Below are positions 1-10,032 of a stretch of DNA of 64,000 nucleotides, piece by piece. The stretch covers positions 128,001-192,000 of the forward strand of contig JBQPWD010000004.1 of the NCBI GenBank assembly GCA_052246995.1, read 5' to 3'. Source of the stretch: Candidatus Bathyarchaeota archaeon (GTDB taxonomy: Archaea > Thermoproteota > Bathyarchaeia > Hecatellales > Hecatellaceae). Each line of letters opens with the position of its first letter. The first letter of the stretch is position 1. The position numbers and the translations under genes are program-made. The notes under the pieces are model-generated. The model was not told where the DNA came from. It did no database searches and saw only the letters and a list, made by a program, of their open reading frames with translations.

Positions 1-126
1 ATTAAGGTATTTTTCTGAGATTTTTGAAATATTTAAGCCACCCACTTTTTAGTCCTGAACTAAAATGCCAATCCTTAAATATTCTTGTTTTCTAATGACT
101 AGGTAGGTTTAAGAGCTGTCTTCATA

Positions 127-819
127 ATGAAGTCTTTAAAGAAAGAGTTCCTAGAACTGTTAGACAAGGACCTAGAATTCCGTTATGCTGTAGCTGGCTA
201 TCTAGGGTTATCTGAAATACTGAAGAGGCTTGACGCCTTAGCCGAAGAACAGACGAAAATATGGGCTGAGATTGCTGGGCTTAGAGAAGAGCAGACAAGA
301 ATATGGGCTGAGATAAAAGCGCTAAGAGAAGAACAGACGAAAATATGGGTTGAGATTGCTGGGCTTAGAGAGGACTTCAATAAGATGAGGGAAGATTTCA
401 ATAGAGTGTATAGGCAGTTGGACATTAGGCTTACCAGGGTTGAGCGTACACTAGAGAAGATAACGCTAGATATCGAGGAGGAGGCTAGAATAATAGTTAA
501 ATATAGGCTTAGAGAGATGGGCTACGAAGTCGAAATAGGTTCGTTAATACTGCCAGAAGTCGAAATAAATATTTACGGCGTCTCAGATGAAATATGCATT
601 ATAGGTGAAGCATCCGTCAGAGCACCAGTAAACATAATCGACAAAATAAACAGTAACCTCGAGAAACTAAAAACACTATACCCAGACAAGCTGAAACCAA
701 AAATACTGAAAGTCGTTTATACAAGCCTAGCTATGCCAGACCTAGTTGAAAAAGCCGAAAAAGAGGGTATATGGGTTCTAAAGGCAACAGGCGATATAGT
801 TAAACCTAAGGACTTATAG
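127..819 (+). CDS. Coiled-coil repeat protein with C-terminal PD-(D/E)XK-like domain (Thermoproteota DUF3782/DUF1626-like family)
   Basis: N-terminal 'KKEFLELLDKDLEFRYAVAGYLGL', 14-aa heptad repeats (EEQTKIWAEIAGLR), then 'EINIYGVSDEICIIGEASVR' nuclease-like core. Confidence 0.65.
   Translation: MKSLKKEFLELLDKDLEFRYAVAGYLGLSEILKRLDALAEEQTKIWAEIAGLREEQTRIWAEIKALREEQTKIWVEIAGLREDFNKMREDFNRVYRQLDIRLTRVERTLEKITLDIEEEARIIVKYRLREMGYEVEIGSLILPEVEINIYGVSDEICIIGEASVRAPVNIIDKINSNLEKLKTLYPDKLKPKILKVVYTSLAMPDLVEKAEKEGIWVLKATGDIVKPKDL
244..369 (+). repeat. Three tandem 42-bp coding repeats
   Basis: gaagaacagacgaaaatatgggctgagattgctgggcttaga at 244-285, a diverged copy at 286-327 and a near-identical copy at 328-369. 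Confidence 0.9.
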
Positions 820-1271
820 TCAAACCAACCATTATCTTCTCGCTTCTCTCCAATACCTTATCACCACCAGCCTCCCACTTCAAGGTGAAGACATTGTTTT
901 TCTTGTTGGCTTTGATGTATGCGTTTTGTCTTCCCGGCGGAAACGTTGACGGAGGAGGTTGTTGAAAAACTTAAGAAAAAACCTAACCTCACATGTAAAT
1001 TTGTAAAATTGGAAAAAGTTGGAAGAAGAATTGGCAATTCCAAAGGTTTTCTGGAAAATTTTTGACGAAAAAACACTCCAACACCTAGCAAAAATACAAA
1101 ACCAACCTCTCATTTAAGGCCATATGATGCCTTATACGGTTTCATTTTAGCTTTAAAATGAAAAAGGTTATTAGACACAATTAATTATCAATTTTTTATT
1201 TGTAACATAACAACCATGGCCAATTAAACAAATCAACCAAAAATTATGGGTAAAGAGTAAAGGGGAAAACA

Positions 1272-2363
1272 ATGAGCAACCAAAACTTGGCACCATCAAT
1301 GTTTATTGGGCTTCGTGGAAAAGGGTTAATCTCTTTTGGTTCAGGACAACCTGACTTACCTCCACCTCCAAACATTAAAAAAGCTTATTCTCGTTTTAAG
1401 GTTTTTAAGTACGGCCTAATCCAAGGAGAATTAAAGTTAAGAAGGGCTTTAGCAAAAGAATATCCACGTTCAAGCCATGAAAACTTTGTAATAACCAACG
1501 GTGCATCTGAAGCCTTAGATTTAACTTTGAGGGCAATATCATCAATAAACAAAAACAATAATAAGAAAAACAAGGTTTTACTGCCAAGACCATACTACTA
1601 CACCTATCCAAGACTGGTTAAACTAGCTGGAATGGAACCTGTTTTCACCAACCTTGTAGATGGAAGAATCGATTTTAAAGATTTTGAGGAAAAAGTTGTA
1701 GACTGTAAGGCTGTACTGATAAATTCACCTTCAAACCCTACTGGAAGGGTAGAATCTATGACAACTTTAAAGAAAATTGAAAAGTTAACAAGCGATTTAG
1801 GTGTATACGTAATATCAGACGAAGTTTACAAGGACCTAATTTATGTAAGAGAAAACTATTTAATAAAAGGTCCTCACGTGATAACAGTAAATTCTTTTTC
1901 AAAAACATATGCACTTTGCGGTTTAAGAATAGGATACCTATGGTCACTAGACCAAGACATAGTAAAAAAAGTTATTGAAATAAAAAATTCAACCTCAATG
2001 AACACAAACATTCTAGCACAAGAAATGGCTTTTGAAGCTTTAAAAGCACCAAAAAGTTTTGTTGAAAAACAGGTTGAAATTTTTAAGAAAAGAAGAGACC
2101 TAATCTACAGCCGCCTAAAAGACATGGGTTTAGAGCTTTGGAAACCTGAAGGGGCATTTTACGTTTTTCCAAAGATTAAAAAATCAGAAGAGTTTGTGTG
2201 GAACATGTTTAAAAAGTACAAGGTAATCACCTACCCTGGAGAATGGTTTGGAATAGAAAACCATGTTAGATTTTCATACGCATTAAACATGGAAGAAATT
2301 GAGGAGGGATTAGAAAGAGTGGAAAAATACTTAAAAAATGAGGGAAAAATCCACCTAGAATAA
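1272..2363 (+). CDS. PLP-dependent aminotransferase, class I/II
   Basis: TNGASEAL, NSPSNPTG, SDEVY and SFSKTYALCGLRIG (PLP lysine) motifs. Confidence 0.93.
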   Translation: MSNQNLAPSMFIGLRGKGLISFGSGQPDLPPPPNIKKAYSRFKVFKYGLIQGELKLRRALAKEYPRSSHENFVITNGASEALDLTLRAISSINKNNNKKNKVLLPRPYYYTYPRLVKLAGMEPVFTNLVDGRIDFKDFEEKVVDCKAVLINSPSNPTGRVESMTTLKKIEKLTSDLGVYVISDEVYKDLIYVRENYLIKGPHVITVNSFSKTYALCGLRIGYLWSLDQDIVKKVIEIKNSTSMNTNILAQEMAFEALKAPKSFVEKQVEIFKKRRDLIYSRLKDMGLELWKPEGAFYVFPKIKKSEEFVWNMFKKYKVITYPGEWFGIENHVRFSYALNMEEIEEGLERVEKYLKNEGKIHLE

Positions 2364-2371
2364 ACCTTTTA

Positions 2372-4240
2372 CTACATAATCAACCCAAACCTGGAGACTA
2401 AAAATTTTTGATGTTTAGAAACAACCATAAGACATTCTTTAAGAATATTTTCTTCAAACTTTGTCAACTCACTAGGTTTAATATAGTTATCCGGCTCTTC
2501 ACCCTTTAAAGTTTGGGTTAGCTGATGTTTAAGCCTTAAAGTTAAAATAAACTTGTAGGTTTCCTTTAACTCTTCACCTTCTTTTTTTGTTAAAACTCCT
2601 TTACTAACCAAAAAATCTATTCTTTCAAGTGTATTGGTAATAGGAGATTTAACCTCAACTATAAGTGATTTTACACCTGTTACTATTGGAAATAAACCAA
2701 AATGTTTTATGTCTAAACCTTTTTCACCATACTTTATCCCGCCAAAAAAACTTATTGGAGAAGCTATACTCGCACTTACCTCAGCTAGAGACCTAGCACA
2801 ATCCATAGTAATCCTACTCAAAACATACGTGTTTAAGGCTTGAGCTAAACTTTCATCTCCATAAACAGGTCTAAGGTCTAAAAAGAGAGCCAAACGTAGG
2901 AGGTTATCACCGTCTGGAAAACCAATCCACACGTCAAAATATTTTTTCCATTCCTTCAAGCTTTTTCTCCACTGCGGGTTTGAAGCCATATAATTAGCTT
3001 TACATTTAGGTACACCTAACTCTACAAGACCCTCATTGGCTAAGTTTGCCAATTCCTCCAAAAATTTCTCACCTTTCTCATCAACAACATCATCATAGAT
3101 TATAGCGTTATCTTGGTCTGTACGTAATACTTGTTCTCTCCTACCGCTACTTCCCGCAACAACCCAAACATATCTAACAGGTTTCCATAAACTTTCATTC
3201 ATCAACCTTTTTTCCATAATTTCTAAAATTCTTCTTGTAAACATATCATTAATTACAGTAAAAAGCTCAGCCATTTCAACAAAGCCAACACCACGGTTAA
3301 GCAAAGAGTTGATGGCGTTTAATGCTTGTTTATAAATTTTCTTAAGCTCTTCAATTTTATCCGCTTTAACTATCCTTTTTGAAAGAATGGAAAGGGAGTA
3401 GGTTGGCTCCATTGCAACCATTAAATCCTTGGAGGTTACAATACCCTTTACCCTGCTTGTAGCGTTAACAACAACCAAGTGGTTTAGGGATTTTGAGATT
3501 TGAAGAAGATAAGCTTCATAAAGTGCACGGTCCTCATCAATACACACAACGGGAAAACTCATAACTTTTGAGATAGATTGAGAAACATCTATTTTTTCGG
3601 CAATTATTTTTCTAAGGTCTCTTGCGGTTATAATACCCACAGGCCGTTTTTCCTCATCTATAACCACAACAGAACCAACTTTTTCTCTGTACATAAGGTT
3701 AACAGCATCCTGAATTGTTGTGGTTGAAGAACATACAACCGGATCTCTTGTAACAATATCTCCAACTCTACTAATAACCGGATATCTTTCAGGAGCTCTA
3801 ACAAGCTCTTTCTCATAAAGCTTGTAGAGGGTTGTAAGTCTTCTTTCAAGCAGACTTATGTAATAGGCTGAAAAGTTTTTATTTAAATTAAACACTTTTT
3901 TAAAATCTTCACATGGAATCAAAATACATGTTGAATCTTCCTCGGCAACAGCATCTACCTTAACAGGTGCCCCAGAAATTGCGGACACAACACCAAAAGC
4001 TTCTCCAGGCTTTATATGTTCAACAATCTGTGAGTCTGTAAGAAGAAAAACTAGCCCATCATAAAGCACATACAAGTATTTTACTGGAGATTCACCAGCA
4101 TAAAAAATTGTTTCTCCACGTTTAAACTTTCGTACAACAGCATTTTGAATAAGTATTTTTAATTCTTCTTCTTTAAGGAGGAAAAATGGAATATAATTTA
4201 CAAGAAATTTTTGGATTTTTTCTTTTTCCATCTTCACCAA
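2372..4240 (-). CDS. cNMP-binding / CBS-pair / DUF294 nucleotidyltransferase-like signal transduction protein
   Basis: N-terminal cNMP domain (GEAFG), CBS pair, GSSGRREQVLRTDQDNA nucleotidyltransferase motif, DIKHFG...TNTLERI C-terminal domain. Confidence 0.88.
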   Translation of the reverse strand: MVKMEKEKIQKFLVNYIPFFLLKEEELKILIQNAVVRKFKRGETIFYAGESPVKYLYVLYDGLVFLLTDSQIVEHIKPGEAFGVVSAISGAPVKVDAVAEEDSTCILIPCEDFKKVFNLNKNFSAYYISLLERRLTTLYKLYEKELVRAPERYPVISRVGDIVTRDPVVCSSTTTIQDAVNLMYREKVGSVVVIDEEKRPVGIITARDLRKIIAEKIDVSQSISKVMSFPVVCIDEDRALYEAYLLQISKSLNHLVVVNATSRVKGIVTSKDLMVAMEPTYSLSILSKRIVKADKIEELKKIYKQALNAINSLLNRGVGFVEMAELFTVINDMFTRRILEIMEKRLMNESLWKPVRYVWVVAGSSGRREQVLRTDQDNAIIYDDVVDEKGEKFLEELANLANEGLVELGVPKCKANYMASNPQWRKSLKEWKKYFDVWIGFPDGDNLLRLALFLDLRPVYGDESLAQALNTYVLSRITMDCARSLAEVSASIASPISFFGGIKYGEKGLDIKHFGLFPIVTGVKSLIVEVKSPITNTLERIDFLVSKGVLTKKEGEELKETYKFILTLRLKHQLTQTLKGEEPDNYIKPSELTKFEENILKECLMVVSKHQKFLVSRFGLIM

Positions 4241-4323
4241 AAGAATTCTCTATCATTCTTAAATACCTTTTCTAAAAAGAAAATCTCTTAACCAAAAACT
4301 TTAAGAATGGTTTTCTAAAATCT

Positions 4324-5400
4324 TTATTTAGTTGTTGATACTTCCCTTTTACTATAAAGAACTATCTTACTTGGTTTTTCAAGATACCTATTTACGGTTA
4401 TATGGGCTATTGAAGCACCATAATCAGAAATCCTTTCAAAAACTTGGCTTATACATGCAATGCTAACTGCAACTTTTGTTTCTATATTTGTTTCCAGTAT
4501 TTTACCGAGAAATTTCTCATTTTCAAACTCAAACTTTTTCTTTTTTTCGATAGAATTACTTGCTTTTTTTAATTCATTTGTAATAAGACTTTCAAAAGCA
4601 TCGGTGTAGATGCCTAAAGCTTTCTCGCCCATTTGATGTAAATCCTTAACTATAGATTTGTCGAGGTTACTACCATGTCCGTCAACCAGTTTAAGAATAT
4701 GTTTTGCAGCAATTTCAAGGTAGTCAGCTACACTCTCCAAACATTTGGAAATAACTCTATATCCAAGCAGATTACGAGGGTCTTCTATACCAATTTTTTC
4801 CGCTATGTTATGGTTAAGCTGCGCACATAATATGGCACGTACAATTAGCCAGTATAGCATATCTGCCTCAGACTCTCTGTTTATAACCTCTTTTAGTAGG
4901 GTTGGGTCTAAGCTTAAAAGTCCGTCTAAAACTTCCGTAAACATTGTTATGGTTAGGGTAAAAAGCCTTCTTAGCATTGTTGTAAGGGTTATGCTTGAAA
5001 CATCCATAGAACATTGAAGGGTAACTTTATGAGATTCTTCCTCCATTATGCTTAAACCTATCAACTTAAAAGTAATGTTTCTTATAGTGGAAAGCCATTC
5101 ACCACAAATTTTGTTTTGAGAGGATGATATTGTTATAGTTTGGCATCCTATAATGTAGCATCCCACAATAATTCTTTCTAAAAGTTTAGGATTATCACAC
5201 AAATCTAGGTTAACTACCACATGATTAGAATCTTCTTTAGACTTAACCATGTTTATAGGCGCCAATTTAAGCGAACCGTCTTCTTCCTGAGAGTAAATGA
5301 TAACATCTCCTTTTTTTAACCTGTTTTGTTTAATCCACTTTGCTGGTAAAGAAATTGTAAAAGTTGAGTAGCCAACTTTTTGAAGTTTTCTTCCTTCCAT
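4324..5400 (-). CDS. Phosphate uptake regulator, AbrB/MazE-type DNA-binding domain plus PhoU repeats
   Basis: 'RKLQKVGYSTFTISLPAKWI' N-terminus; PhoU helices 'LESVADY' and 'FERISDY'. Confidence 0.88.
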   Translation of the reverse strand: MEGRKLQKVGYSTFTISLPAKWIKQNRLKKGDVIIYSQEEDGSLKLAPINMVKSKEDSNHVVVNLDLCDNPKLLERIIVGCYIIGCQTITISSSQNKICGEWLSTIRNITFKLIGLSIMEEESHKVTLQCSMDVSSITLTTMLRRLFTLTITMFTEVLDGLLSLDPTLLKEVINRESEADMLYWLIVRAILCAQLNHNIAEKIGIEDPRNLLGYRVISKCLESVADYLEIAAKHILKLVDGHGSNLDKSIVKDLHQMGEKALGIYTDAFESLITNELKKASNSIEKKKKFEFENEKFLGKILETNIETKVAVSIACISQVFERISDYGASIAHITVNRYLEKPSKIVLYSKREVSTTK

Positions 5401-5407
5401 GTTTCTC

Positions 5408-5434
5408 TCTAGTATACTTAAAGTATATACTAGA
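5408..5434. promoter_or_regulatory. Inverted repeat tctagtata-N9-tatactaga, candidate operator
   Basis: Perfect 9-bp arms 7 nt upstream of the PhoU-regulator start, in a divergent intergenic region. Confidence 0.45.
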
Positions 5435-5502
5435 ATTTATAATTTAAGCTAAATAATTATTTTCTTTTTTACATATTTTACTACCGTGGTAGTGATATAT
5501 AC

Positions 5503-6192
5503 ATGGAATATTTAGAAATAAAGCCTTTAGAAGACAAAAAACTTGTTATCTACCTTCTTCAAAAAGAGTATGAAGAGGAATGGGGATTTCAAAAAGTTAA
5601 GCCTTCACCACTTAACATTTACTCAAAAAGATATTGTGAATTTGTAAAAAAGGTTGTAGCACAATGTAAACCAGACTTTATAGTTGAGGAGTTGGGAGTA
5701 CGCTCAGAAAAAGACTACTACGAAAAAGACCAGTTATCTCAGTATCTTTCTACACAGGTTGTTCCAGTGGATATACCTGAAGATATTAGAAACTACATTG
5801 AGTCGGCAATTGAAGCTAAAATCTCTTTGTTAAACCAGATTAAATCTAGACTTAGTATTCTTTACGACATCAACTTTAAGCAGATAGAAAATGACTGGGA
5901 ACAAAAAATTTTGGAGTGGGGAAGATACCTTGAAGATGAAATTAAAAGGGAAGAAGAGGATGTTAAAACTTCTATAAGAGAGGCTTGGATGGTTAAAAAA
6001 ATAACAGAACATGCTAAAAAAATCGATAAAAAAGAGGTTAAATGCTTATTCATCTGCAGCCTTTACCACTTTAAGGGTATAACTAAGCTTTTCAGCAAAT
6101 ATGGAGTTATGGTTTATCCAATAAAGCTAGAGAAAAGTTTCAAAGAAAAACCTCCCATGGAAGACTTAAGACCAATAAAACTCGTGACTTAA
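5503..6192 (+). CDS. Hypothetical protein (possibly TraB/GumN-like fold)
   Basis: 229-aa ORF with ATG start and typical codon usage; 'PDFIVEE', 'REAWM' and 'CSLYH' weakly recall TraB-like motifs. Confidence 0.6.
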   Translation: MEYLEIKPLEDKKLVIYLLQKEYEEEWGFQKVKPSPLNIYSKRYCEFVKKVVAQCKPDFIVEELGVRSEKDYYEKDQLSQYLSTQVVPVDIPEDIRNYIESAIEAKISLLNQIKSRLSILYDINFKQIENDWEQKILEWGRYLEDEIKREEEDVKTSIREAWMVKKITEHAKKIDKKEVKCLFICSLYHFKGITKLFSKYGVMVYPIKLEKSFKEKPPMEDLRPIKLVT

Positions 6193-6656
6193 AGAAAAGC
6201 CGTATAAATGTAAGGAATACATGCAAAAAATTTGGAAAAAGAACCAATATTAGAAACTTTAACCGTTAAAAAAACATAACATAATTATTGTAGAAAAGGA
6301 GCACAGCGAAACATTCTTCATTAGCATTAAAAGATAAAAATCTTTTACTCAATTTCTTACCAAAGCTATTAAGCATAAGCCATAAAGTACTCGATTTTTC
6401 TCTGAAATGGCTAAAGAGGAGGTATACACGCATCTATAAGCAGCCTAAGCCTTATAGAAAAAGGTTGCGACTTTAGCAATCAGGGTCTGATAGAATGGTT
6501 ACATCAACCCTTTACGCTAAACTTTATAAAATTTTGGCTACAAGTGTTGTTAGTATAATGTTAAAGCTAAATGAAGTATGCAAAATTATTTTTATATTTT
6601 GCTAAAACTTTATTAAGGAGAAGTATATTTTTCCACTGCCCAGCATACGAAGCTTT

Positions 6657-7652
6657 GTGAGCAGCATGACCCTTACATTAACTAAAGCGAAAGAAAACCC
6701 ATTAATTATGCCTAGGGATGAAAACGATTGGGAATGTTCACAAACGTTCAATCCTGGGGTTATACTACTTAACGGAAGAGTTCATTTTATCTATAGGGCT
6801 ATTGGAAAAGATGGAATATCCCGTTTTGGCTATGCAAATTCGGAAGACGGTTTTCATGTAAGTGAGAGGCTTTCTAACCCGGTTTATGAACATAAAGCTG
6901 ACCACGACCCTTTCTACATCTATTCTCTCGCCTCAGGTGGAAGTTTTGGTGGTGCAGAAGATCCGCGGATTGTGCAAGTAGAGGGAGAACCTATCTTATA
7001 TGTGACTTATACTGCTTGTGATGAGGGGTTAAGGTTGGCGTTAACCTCCATAACGGTAGAAGATTTTTTAAGTCAAAAGTGGAGGTGGAAAACTCCTACA
7101 CTAATTTCCCCTCCAGGTAGAATACACAAAAATTGGGTAATTTTTCCAGAAAAGATTAATGGTAAATACGCAATCTTGCACGGTATAAGCCCAAAAATTC
7201 AGATTAGCTTACTTGACAATCTAGAGATTACCAAACCAATTACCATAAACAGCTACCATAATGGAATACCTTCAGATGGTTGGAGAGGAGGCTGGGAAGG
7301 CTTTATTAGGGGTGTAGGCCCACCACCAATAAAAACAGAACATGGTTGGCTAGTTTTTTACCATGCACACTCTAAAGATGATTTTACAAAGTATAAGTTG
7401 GGAGCTATGCTTTTAGACGTTAAAAACCCAACAAGAATACTATGTAGAGGAAGAAAACCTGTTCTAGAGCCTGTTAGCTTTTATGAAAATTACGGTTTTA
7501 AACCTGGCATAGTCTACGCCACTGGTGCAGTAGTTAAAGACGGTCTTATCATAGTTTACTATGGTGGTGCAGACAGTTACGTGTGTGCTGCATACGCAGA
7601 TTTAAAAGAGTTTCTACAGGCTTTAATAGAGGAAGGCATTACTTCTAATTGA
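6657..7652 (+). CDS. Glycoside hydrolase family 130 (beta-mannoside phosphorylase/hydrolase)
   Basis: FNPG, YRA, EDPR, PPIKTEHGWLVFYH and YYGGAD motifs. Confidence 0.9.
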   Translation: MSSMTLTLTKAKENPLIMPRDENDWECSQTFNPGVILLNGRVHFIYRAIGKDGISRFGYANSEDGFHVSERLSNPVYEHKADHDPFYIYSLASGGSFGGAEDPRIVQVEGEPILYVTYTACDEGLRLALTSITVEDFLSQKWRWKTPTLISPPGRIHKNWVIFPEKINGKYAILHGISPKIQISLLDNLEITKPITINSYHNGIPSDGWRGGWEGFIRGVGPPPIKTEHGWLVFYHAHSKDDFTKYKLGAMLLDVKNPTRILCRGRKPVLEPVSFYENYGFKPGIVYATGAVVKDGLIIVYYGGADSYVCAAYADLKEFLQALIEEGITSN

Positions 7653-7868
7653 AGTTTAAAAGCTTGAAAAATATGTATAAGGCTTTGTTTCATCTATTAA
7701 CGTGCAGGTTACGTATATTGTTAAATAGCTAAATTACATTCTTATTTCATTAACATCCACCCATGCCGAGAGGCTGGAAAAAGTTAAATTTAAACTTTCA
7801 TATCCATCCTCTAACTGGAGATAGTTTTCTTTAAAAATCCTTAATAAAATAAGCTAAACAGGAAAAAG

Positions 7869-9815
7869 GTGTTTGGAATGTTAGTTAAAAGGTATGAAAG
7901 AAACCCTATACTAAAACCTAAAAGCATTCACTCTTGGGAAGCACAGGCGGTATTTAACGGTTGTCCCGTTAAGGTTGACGGAAAAATAAGGCTTGTCTAC
8001 CGAGCCATCTCACTACCACATTATAAAAGAGAGGCGGATAAAGTACTGGCAATCTCCAACATAGGTATCACCGCTCCAAGCAAAAATGGTGTAGATTTTC
8101 ATGACCGAAGAATTCTAATCGCCCCAGAGGAACCTTGGGAAAAGTTTGGCTGCGAAGACCCAAGAATAACTAAGCTAGATGGTAAATACTTTATCTTTTA
8201 CACCGCACTTTCAACATATCCACCTTCTCATGAAGGAATAAGAGTAGGGTTGGCTATTAGTGATGATTTAGAAACAATCCGTGAAAGACATTTAGTTACA
8301 CCTTTTAATGCAAAAGCTATGACACTTTTCCCAGAAAGGATAGATGGAAAAATATGGGCTATATTAAGTGTACACACCGATATACCTCCTACCAGCATAT
8401 GCATAACGTCATTTGATAATGAGGAGGAGATATGGGATGAGATATACTGGAAGAAATTTCATGAAAATTTTGACAAATACTGCTTACCGTTGAGACGTAG
8501 CCCTCTCGACCATTTTGAAGTAGGTGCTCCGCCTTTAAAGACAAAGTACGGGTGGCTTCTTCTTTACTCATACATTCAAGGCTACTTTACACCTAACCGG
8601 CTTTTCACGGTGGAGGCTGCTCTTTTAGACTTAAACAATCCGTTAAAGTTAATCGCTAGGACAAGATGGCCTTTAATGACTCCTGAAGAATATTATGAAA
8701 GGGTAGGTCTCGTGCCAAACGCCATCTTTCCTTCAGGAGCTCTTCTCAGAGGAAATCAAATTTACCTTTACTATGGTGCTGCTGACACGGTTTGCTGCCT
8801 TGCATACATACACTTGCCAAGTCTGATTAAGAAGCTATTATGGAAGGCTGAACCTCCAAAATTTATCCGTGCCACACGTAATCCAATAATAACTCCACGT
8901 GGAAACCATTCTTGGGAGGCAAAAGCAACCTTTAACCCAGCTGCAATCTATCTTGGAGGTAAGGTGCACATAGTGTACCGTGCTATGTCTCAAGATAACA
9001 CGTCTGTTCTTGGCTACGCATACAGTAAGGATGGAATAAACATCGACTATCGCTCTCCTGAACCTATTTATGTTCCAAGGGAATCTTTTGAGCAGAAGCT
9101 TGTGCCAGGTGGGAATTCAGGATGTGAGGATCCGCGGCTTACTGTTATTGGTGACAGAATCTACATGTGTTATACAGCGTTTAACGGTAAGGATCCGCCT
9201 AGGGTAGCTCTTACATGGATAAAGGTGGATGATTTTCTACAGCAAAAATGGAATTGGGCTAAACCTGTTCTAATTTCAGCACCCTACATGGATGATAAGG
9301 ATGCTTACATCTTCCCAGAAAAAGTTAAGGATCCTGGAACAGGTGAGGAGAAGTATCTTATTGTTCACAGATACAGTAATGATATAGATTCCGCCTTAGT
9401 TTCAAGTCTTGATTTTGATGGAAAAACATGGCTTGACGAGTATAGATGGATATATCCTAGAAAGGGATGGTGGGACAGCGTAAAAGTTGGCGCCGCCTCA
9501 CCTCCAATAAAAACAGATGAAGGATGGATACTGCTCTACCATGGAGTTTCTGAAGACCGTGTCTACCGTGTTGGAGCAGTACTTTTAGACCCTAAAAACC
9601 CGTTAAAAATTATTGCTCGTACAGATGAACCTATCTTTGAACCTGAAACAGATTACGAAAAAGTTGGCCAAGTTAATAATGTTGTTTTTCCCTGTGGAAC
9701 AGTTGTAATAGGGGATGAAATATTCATGTATTATGGAGGGGCTGACCAGGTAGTAGGAGTTGCAACCATTAAAGTTAAAAAATTACTTAGATACCTTAAA
9801 TCATGCAAAATATAG
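7869..9815 (+). CDS. Tandem double-domain GH130 protein
   Basis: Two complete sets of FN(G/P)...YRA...EDPR...PP(L/I)KT..GW...YYG(A/G)AD motifs. Confidence 0.9.
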   Translation: MFGMLVKRYERNPILKPKSIHSWEAQAVFNGCPVKVDGKIRLVYRAISLPHYKREADKVLAISNIGITAPSKNGVDFHDRRILIAPEEPWEKFGCEDPRITKLDGKYFIFYTALSTYPPSHEGIRVGLAISDDLETIRERHLVTPFNAKAMTLFPERIDGKIWAILSVHTDIPPTSICITSFDNEEEIWDEIYWKKFHENFDKYCLPLRRSPLDHFEVGAPPLKTKYGWLLLYSYIQGYFTPNRLFTVEAALLDLNNPLKLIARTRWPLMTPEEYYERVGLVPNAIFPSGALLRGNQIYLYYGAADTVCCLAYIHLPSLIKKLLWKAEPPKFIRATRNPIITPRGNHSWEAKATFNPAAIYLGGKVHIVYRAMSQDNTSVLGYAYSKDGINIDYRSPEPIYVPRESFEQKLVPGGNSGCEDPRLTVIGDRIYMCYTAFNGKDPPRVALTWIKVDDFLQQKWNWAKPVLISAPYMDDKDAYIFPEKVKDPGTGEEKYLIVHRYSNDIDSALVSSLDFDGKTWLDEYRWIYPRKGWWDSVKVGAASPPIKTDEGWILLYHGVSEDRVYRVGAVLLDPKNPLKIIARTDEPIFEPETDYEKVGQVNNVVFPCGTVVIGDEIFMYYGGADQVVGVATIKVKKLLRYLKSCKI

Positions 9816-10032
9816 GTAAAATTAAGATTTAACAACACTTCCTACCTTTTTTACCTATAGAACCTTATACTCTGTAAAATGACAAGTAGTTACGTTTACA
9901 TCTGCATACCATGTGGATGTTAAACATTGAGAATACCAATTCCAACCTACTTGTTGGCTCACTTAACGCTAAATCATTAAAATCAGGGAGCTTTTACTGT
10001 TTTACATTACTCAGCACCAATCCTATTCTACA

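Noticed and set aside
244-408. Regularly spaced repeats as a possible CRISPR array
   Set aside because: Contiguous in-frame coding repeats without unique spacers; no cas genes.
861-1113. Minus-strand 76/77-aa ORFs
   Set aside because: No recognisable motifs, unusual composition, overlapping each other; the region looks non-coding or decayed.
7750-9923. 11-bp inverted repeat (ttaacatccac / gtggatgttaa) flanking the double GH130 gene
   Set aside because: Short, does not extend, no target-site duplication or transposase; compatible with chance.
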